DNA of 50,472 nucleotides from Candidatus Woesearchaeota archaeon B3_Woes (GTDB lineage Archaea; Nanobdellota; Nanobdellia; Woesearchaeales; B3-WOES): NCBI GenBank assembly GCA_005222965.1, contig NJBG01000001.1, positions 499,061 to 549,532 of the forward strand, read 5' to 3'. Shown piece by piece: positions 47,652 to 50,472 of this stretch (position 1 is its first letter; each line of letters starts with the position of its first letter). The notes under the pieces were generated by a model. It saw only the letters and a program-made list of their open reading frames with translations, ran no database searches and was not told where the DNA came from. The position numbers and the translations under genes were made by a program.

Positions 47652-48599
47652 TCATTGTACTAATTTAATATTAAGCTCCACTTCTTTCATTTTATTTGGT
47701 CTTATTGCATGATTAAATCTTATCAATCTTTTAACAGGACCAGCAATACTCCCTTTGAATATTATATAATTATTTTTTATTATTCCATAATGTTTAAATC
47801 CAGATTTAGGGTTTATGCCCTCTTCCTTATCTCCAATTTTCAAGATCTGTTTGTTATATTCTGTTCTTTGGTGATATCCCATCTGTCCTGCATGCGCAAT
47901 TCTATACATAAAATGAGCATGCCCTTTCCATCCGCCTAAACTTCCAGGACCCCTCTTTGTTTTTTCAGATTTATGTCTCCTTATTCCAATTCCAAACCTT
48001 TTAACAGGTCCCTGAAATCCTTTACCTTTTGTAATAGCATGAATATCAACAATTTGTCCAGTATTAAATACATCTTTTAATTGTATTTCTTTTCCCAACA
48101 GCTCTTTAGCAGCATTTAATTTCTCTTCTTTTTTCCCGCCTAAAGCCATTTCAAAAATCTCTGGTTTTTTCTTTCCAACAGTTGTTAAACCAGGATTAGT
48201 ATGAACAATTAATTTTAAATCATCAAAATCTTCTTCTTTAACATCATTAACTGATTTATTTTTGGGAATCTTACACTTTCTCTGAAGATTTTTATCAAAC
48301 TTTTCAGCAAAAACCTGAGAAACAGAATCATTATTTTTATAAAATTTTATAGAAAATGCAGTTAAAGGCGGACACTCAATAATTGTCACAGGCCATGAAA
48401 CTGTTTTGCCTTTTGAAGGTGAACGATCTCTTGTATCCTCAAACATGACATGAGCCATACTAACCTTATAGCCTGCAAAACCAATTAAGTTTGCATCTTT
48501 TTGATTAGCCCATAATCTAACTCTAGCTACTTCTGACTTGGCCCTTTTTCTTGGCCAAAACTGCATACTTCCGTGTCTAGGACTATGTGCTTTTGGCAT
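47652..48599 (-). CDS. rpl3: Ribosomal protein uL3
   Basis: PRHGSMQFWPRKR, TKGKGFQGPVKRFG, AGQMGYHQRTEYNK. Confidence 0.98.
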   Translation of the reverse strand: MPKAHSPRHGSMQFWPRKRAKSEVARVRLWANQKDANLIGFAGYKVSMAHVMFEDTRDRSPSKGKTVSWPVTIIECPPLTAFSIKFYKNNDSVSQVFAEKFDKNLQRKCKIPKNKSVNDVKEEDFDDLKLIVHTNPGLTTVGKKKPEIFEMALGGKKEEKLNAAKELLGKEIQLKDVFNTGQIVDIHAITKGKGFQGPVKRFGIGIRRHKSEKTKRGPGSLGGWKGHAHFMYRIAHAGQMGYHQRTEYNKQILKIGDKEEGINPKSGFKHYGIIKNNYIIFKGSIAGPVKRLIRFNHAIRPNKMKEVELNIKLVQ

Positions 48600-48770
48600 T
48601 TTCTTATCTAAACAACCTCTTTGTAAAGATTCCTTTTAAGAAACCAATATCCGTGCAAGGGTGTATTGGTAAGGTCCTTTTTTCAGGCTGGTTACAGGCA
48701 TCTAATCATTACTTCAAATGCCCCTATGAGCAAGAATCAGTAGGGCATTTATAAAGCTATTGGTTACAAG
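48600..48770 (-). promoter_or_regulatory. Promoter and ~125-nt structured 5' leader of the rpl3 operon
   Basis: TTTATAAA at 48748-48755; minus-strand hairpins 48697-48722 (9 bp with G.U pairs) and 48625-48681; GAGGT SD. Confidence 0.6.
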
Positions 48771-48822
48771 GGGCTTTGTGTAAAAAATGCCTATTTTATT
48801 TAAAAAAATAAAATTAGAAATC

Positions 48823-49602
48823 TTACCTGTTTATTCCTTTAAGTTTCACCTTACCCGAAATTAAATCTTTCAGTTTAACAGAAACTTGTTTGATTGAAGC
48901 CTCTCCAGTATTTTCATTTAAAAGTACAGTAGATATCTTTGTTTGTTCATTTGAATCTAAAGTTGAAATAAAATGTTTTCCATAAAACTCCAAAAATTCT
49001 GATATATTATTTCCAAGCTCGTGTGCAAAATCTAAATCTATATTAATTTTATCCGTTTTAAATACTTTTTTATTCCTATCGGATTTTATTATATTAAAAT
49101 ATTTAGGTATGTAAATTCCATTTTCATCTTTATCAAATGTAATAAGCCCACTCAAAAAATGAGTTGGCTCACTTCTTATTGTATTTAATTTATCATACCA
49201 ATCAAGATTTTTAATCAAATAATCACTATATTCTTTACAGACAGGAAGATTTGAATTTTTTTTAAACCAATTACGTTGTTTACGAAAACCTCGTTTTAAA
49301 TTATACTTAGGAAGAAAAAAAGGCACAGTTATTTTTGCAACATTCTCCATAATAGAGTATACATTATTTAATAATGATTCAAAATAAGCCAACAATATTA
49401 TATTATTTTTATTACTTAATGAACCCTTCCTATCCCATTCATTAAACTCTTTTTTTACAATTTCAAAATAATTATCCAATTGAGATAAAAAATAATTATG
49501 TATATGTAATTTATCGTATAAAGACCAAAATAGTCTAATAAAATCTTGATTATTTGGATCTATTACATGAGCAAACTTAGATAAAATCATAAAGTTTTCC
49601 AT
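48823..49602 (-). CDS. Putative HEPN-domain protein (Cthe_2314-like)
   Basis: Helical protein with ESLLNNVYSIMENVA and R-x4-H (IRSEPTH). Confidence 0.6.
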   Translation of the reverse strand: MENFMILSKFAHVIDPNNQDFIRLFWSLYDKLHIHNYFLSQLDNYFEIVKKEFNEWDRKGSLSNKNNIILLAYFESLLNNVYSIMENVAKITVPFFLPKYNLKRGFRKQRNWFKKNSNLPVCKEYSDYLIKNLDWYDKLNTIRSEPTHFLSGLITFDKDENGIYIPKYFNIIKSDRNKKVFKTDKINIDLDFAHELGNNISEFLEFYGKHFISTLDSNEQTKISTVLLNENTGEASIKQVSVKLKDLISGKVKLKGINR

Positions 49603-49637
49603 ATTAAATAAATTATATCCTTTCTAGTTTTATTTGA

Positions 49638-49904
49638 TTAATTTAAAATAAAATTTTTAATTTTATCTTTAATATTAATCCCTTGTTCTTCTAAAGCAAA
49701 ATACAATCCCCTCTTATCAAATTCTTCCTCTTTAATTTCAGTTGGATTTTCTTTCTTCCAGTTGACCACTTTTTCTAAACAATCCTTACATAAATATTCA
49801 TCTAATGAAGAACGTTTCTTATATTCTTTCTTCATTTCCATTTTAAATGTATTTACTCTTCCTTTGTGCAACCTATTCATACAAAAATCATACATTTTTA
49901 TCAC
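49638..49904 (-). CDS. Small hypothetical protein with CxxC
   Basis: 88-aa ORF; C-x4-H and LCKDC; GGTGG SD-like sequence; start could be 49895. Confidence 0.55.
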   Translation of the reverse strand: MIKMYDFCMNRLHKGRVNTFKMEMKKEYKKRSSLDEYLCKDCLEKVVNWKKENPTEIKEEEFDKRGLYFALEEQGINIKDKIKNFILN

Positions 49905-49989
49905 CCACCAATAAAATTAACAATAATAATATATAATTCTTCCCCTTATTTTCATAACATTTATATATTTATAAGAATAAAAATATTAG

Positions 49990-50358
49990 ATGAGAAAACC
50001 AAAATATTACACTGGATTAATTACCTTATCTTTACTTGTTCTGTTTTTAGTGAGTGGGTGTACTGGAACTAATAACAATAATCCAGATATAACTAAAAAA
50101 AAATCCTTACAAGCAGAGATAGGTGAACTAGGTGATTCAGGCACATATTTGCGTGTTATAAATCGTAATGATTATGATTGGCATAATGTTAAAATTACTG
50201 TAAATGATTATTATTCTTGTTGGAGTAGAGATATTCTAAAACCTGAAGAAGTTATAAGCGTAAATGCTGTTACTTGTAATCAATTTGTTATTAATCAGAA
50301 CGTAGTATATTCTCTTACAGTGGTGGCTGATGAAGGTCAAACTGATTTTACTAGATAA
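49990..50358 (+). CDS. Small lipoprotein, Ig-like
   Basis: Lipobox LVSGC; beta-rich pattern INRNDYDWHNVKITVN...LKPEE. Confidence 0.75.
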   Translation: MRKPKYYTGLITLSLLVLFLVSGCTGTNNNNPDITKKKSLQAEIGELGDSGTYLRVINRNDYDWHNVKITVNDYYSCWSRDILKPEEVISVNAVTCNQFVINQNVVYSLTVVADEGQTDFTR

Positions 50359-50472
50359 TTATTTTTATTTTTTAGAATTCTCTACATTCCCCTTCTTCTT
50401 ACCTTTTTCCTTATTCAAATAAAAAGTCTTCCTTCTTGAATAATTAACAGGATTCTTTATCTTCTCACATAA
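50359..50472 (-). CDS. priL: 3' end of probable DNA primase large subunit (partial, runs off the window)
   Basis: Minus frame reads LCEKIKNPVNYSRRK, resembling the C-x3-KNP-x2-Y end of the PriL Fe-S domain; only ~37 codons visible and the stop coordinate is approximate. Confidence 0.55.

Noticed and set aside
339..47939. Numerous 60-220 aa antisense or overlapping ORFs (e.g. 40466-41068, 46743-47405, 25651-26175)
   Set aside because: They are shadows of well-supported genes on the opposite strand, with Phe/Leu/Ser-rich composition mirroring Lys/Glu codons.
1..50472. tRNA, rRNA, CRISPR array, transposase or integrase
   Set aside because: No cloverleaf or T-loop motif, long GC-rich RNA gene, regularly spaced repeats or recombinase motifs seen by eye; a tRNAscan/Infernal run would be needed to exclude small RNAs.

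Overview
Low-GC archaeal chromosomal segment. Gene content and protein styles point to a DPANN lineage, probably Woesearchaeota (inference). It is mostly housekeeping: tfe, hjc, rnz, endA, fen, tyrS, dus, rfcS, pelota, hppA, acs, a TrmB regulator, pheS/pheT, and the large uL3-to-secY/eL34/eL14 ribosomal protein cluster on the minus strand. I found no tRNA, rRNA, CRISPR array, transposase or integrase by eye. Most notable: (1) ribosomal protein uS3 fused in frame to a complete HD-superfamily hydrolase; (2) a Trm5-like tRNA methyltransferase with a ~258-aa metal-binding TIM-barrel domain inserted inside its SAM domain; (3) a five-gene uncharacterised envelope cluster (class III signal peptide protein, polytopic membrane protein, three paralogous Cys-patterned lipoproteins); (4) an hppA-acs-trmB trio suggesting PPi-coupled acetate metabolism; (5) structured non-coding elements: leaders of rpl3 and tfe, a REP-like hairpin between rpl23 and rpl2, and a synonymously recoded duplicate of the PRC-barrel gene 3' end; (6) a HEPN-like gene beside the ribosomal cluster. 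All assignments come from motif recognition; no searches were run.
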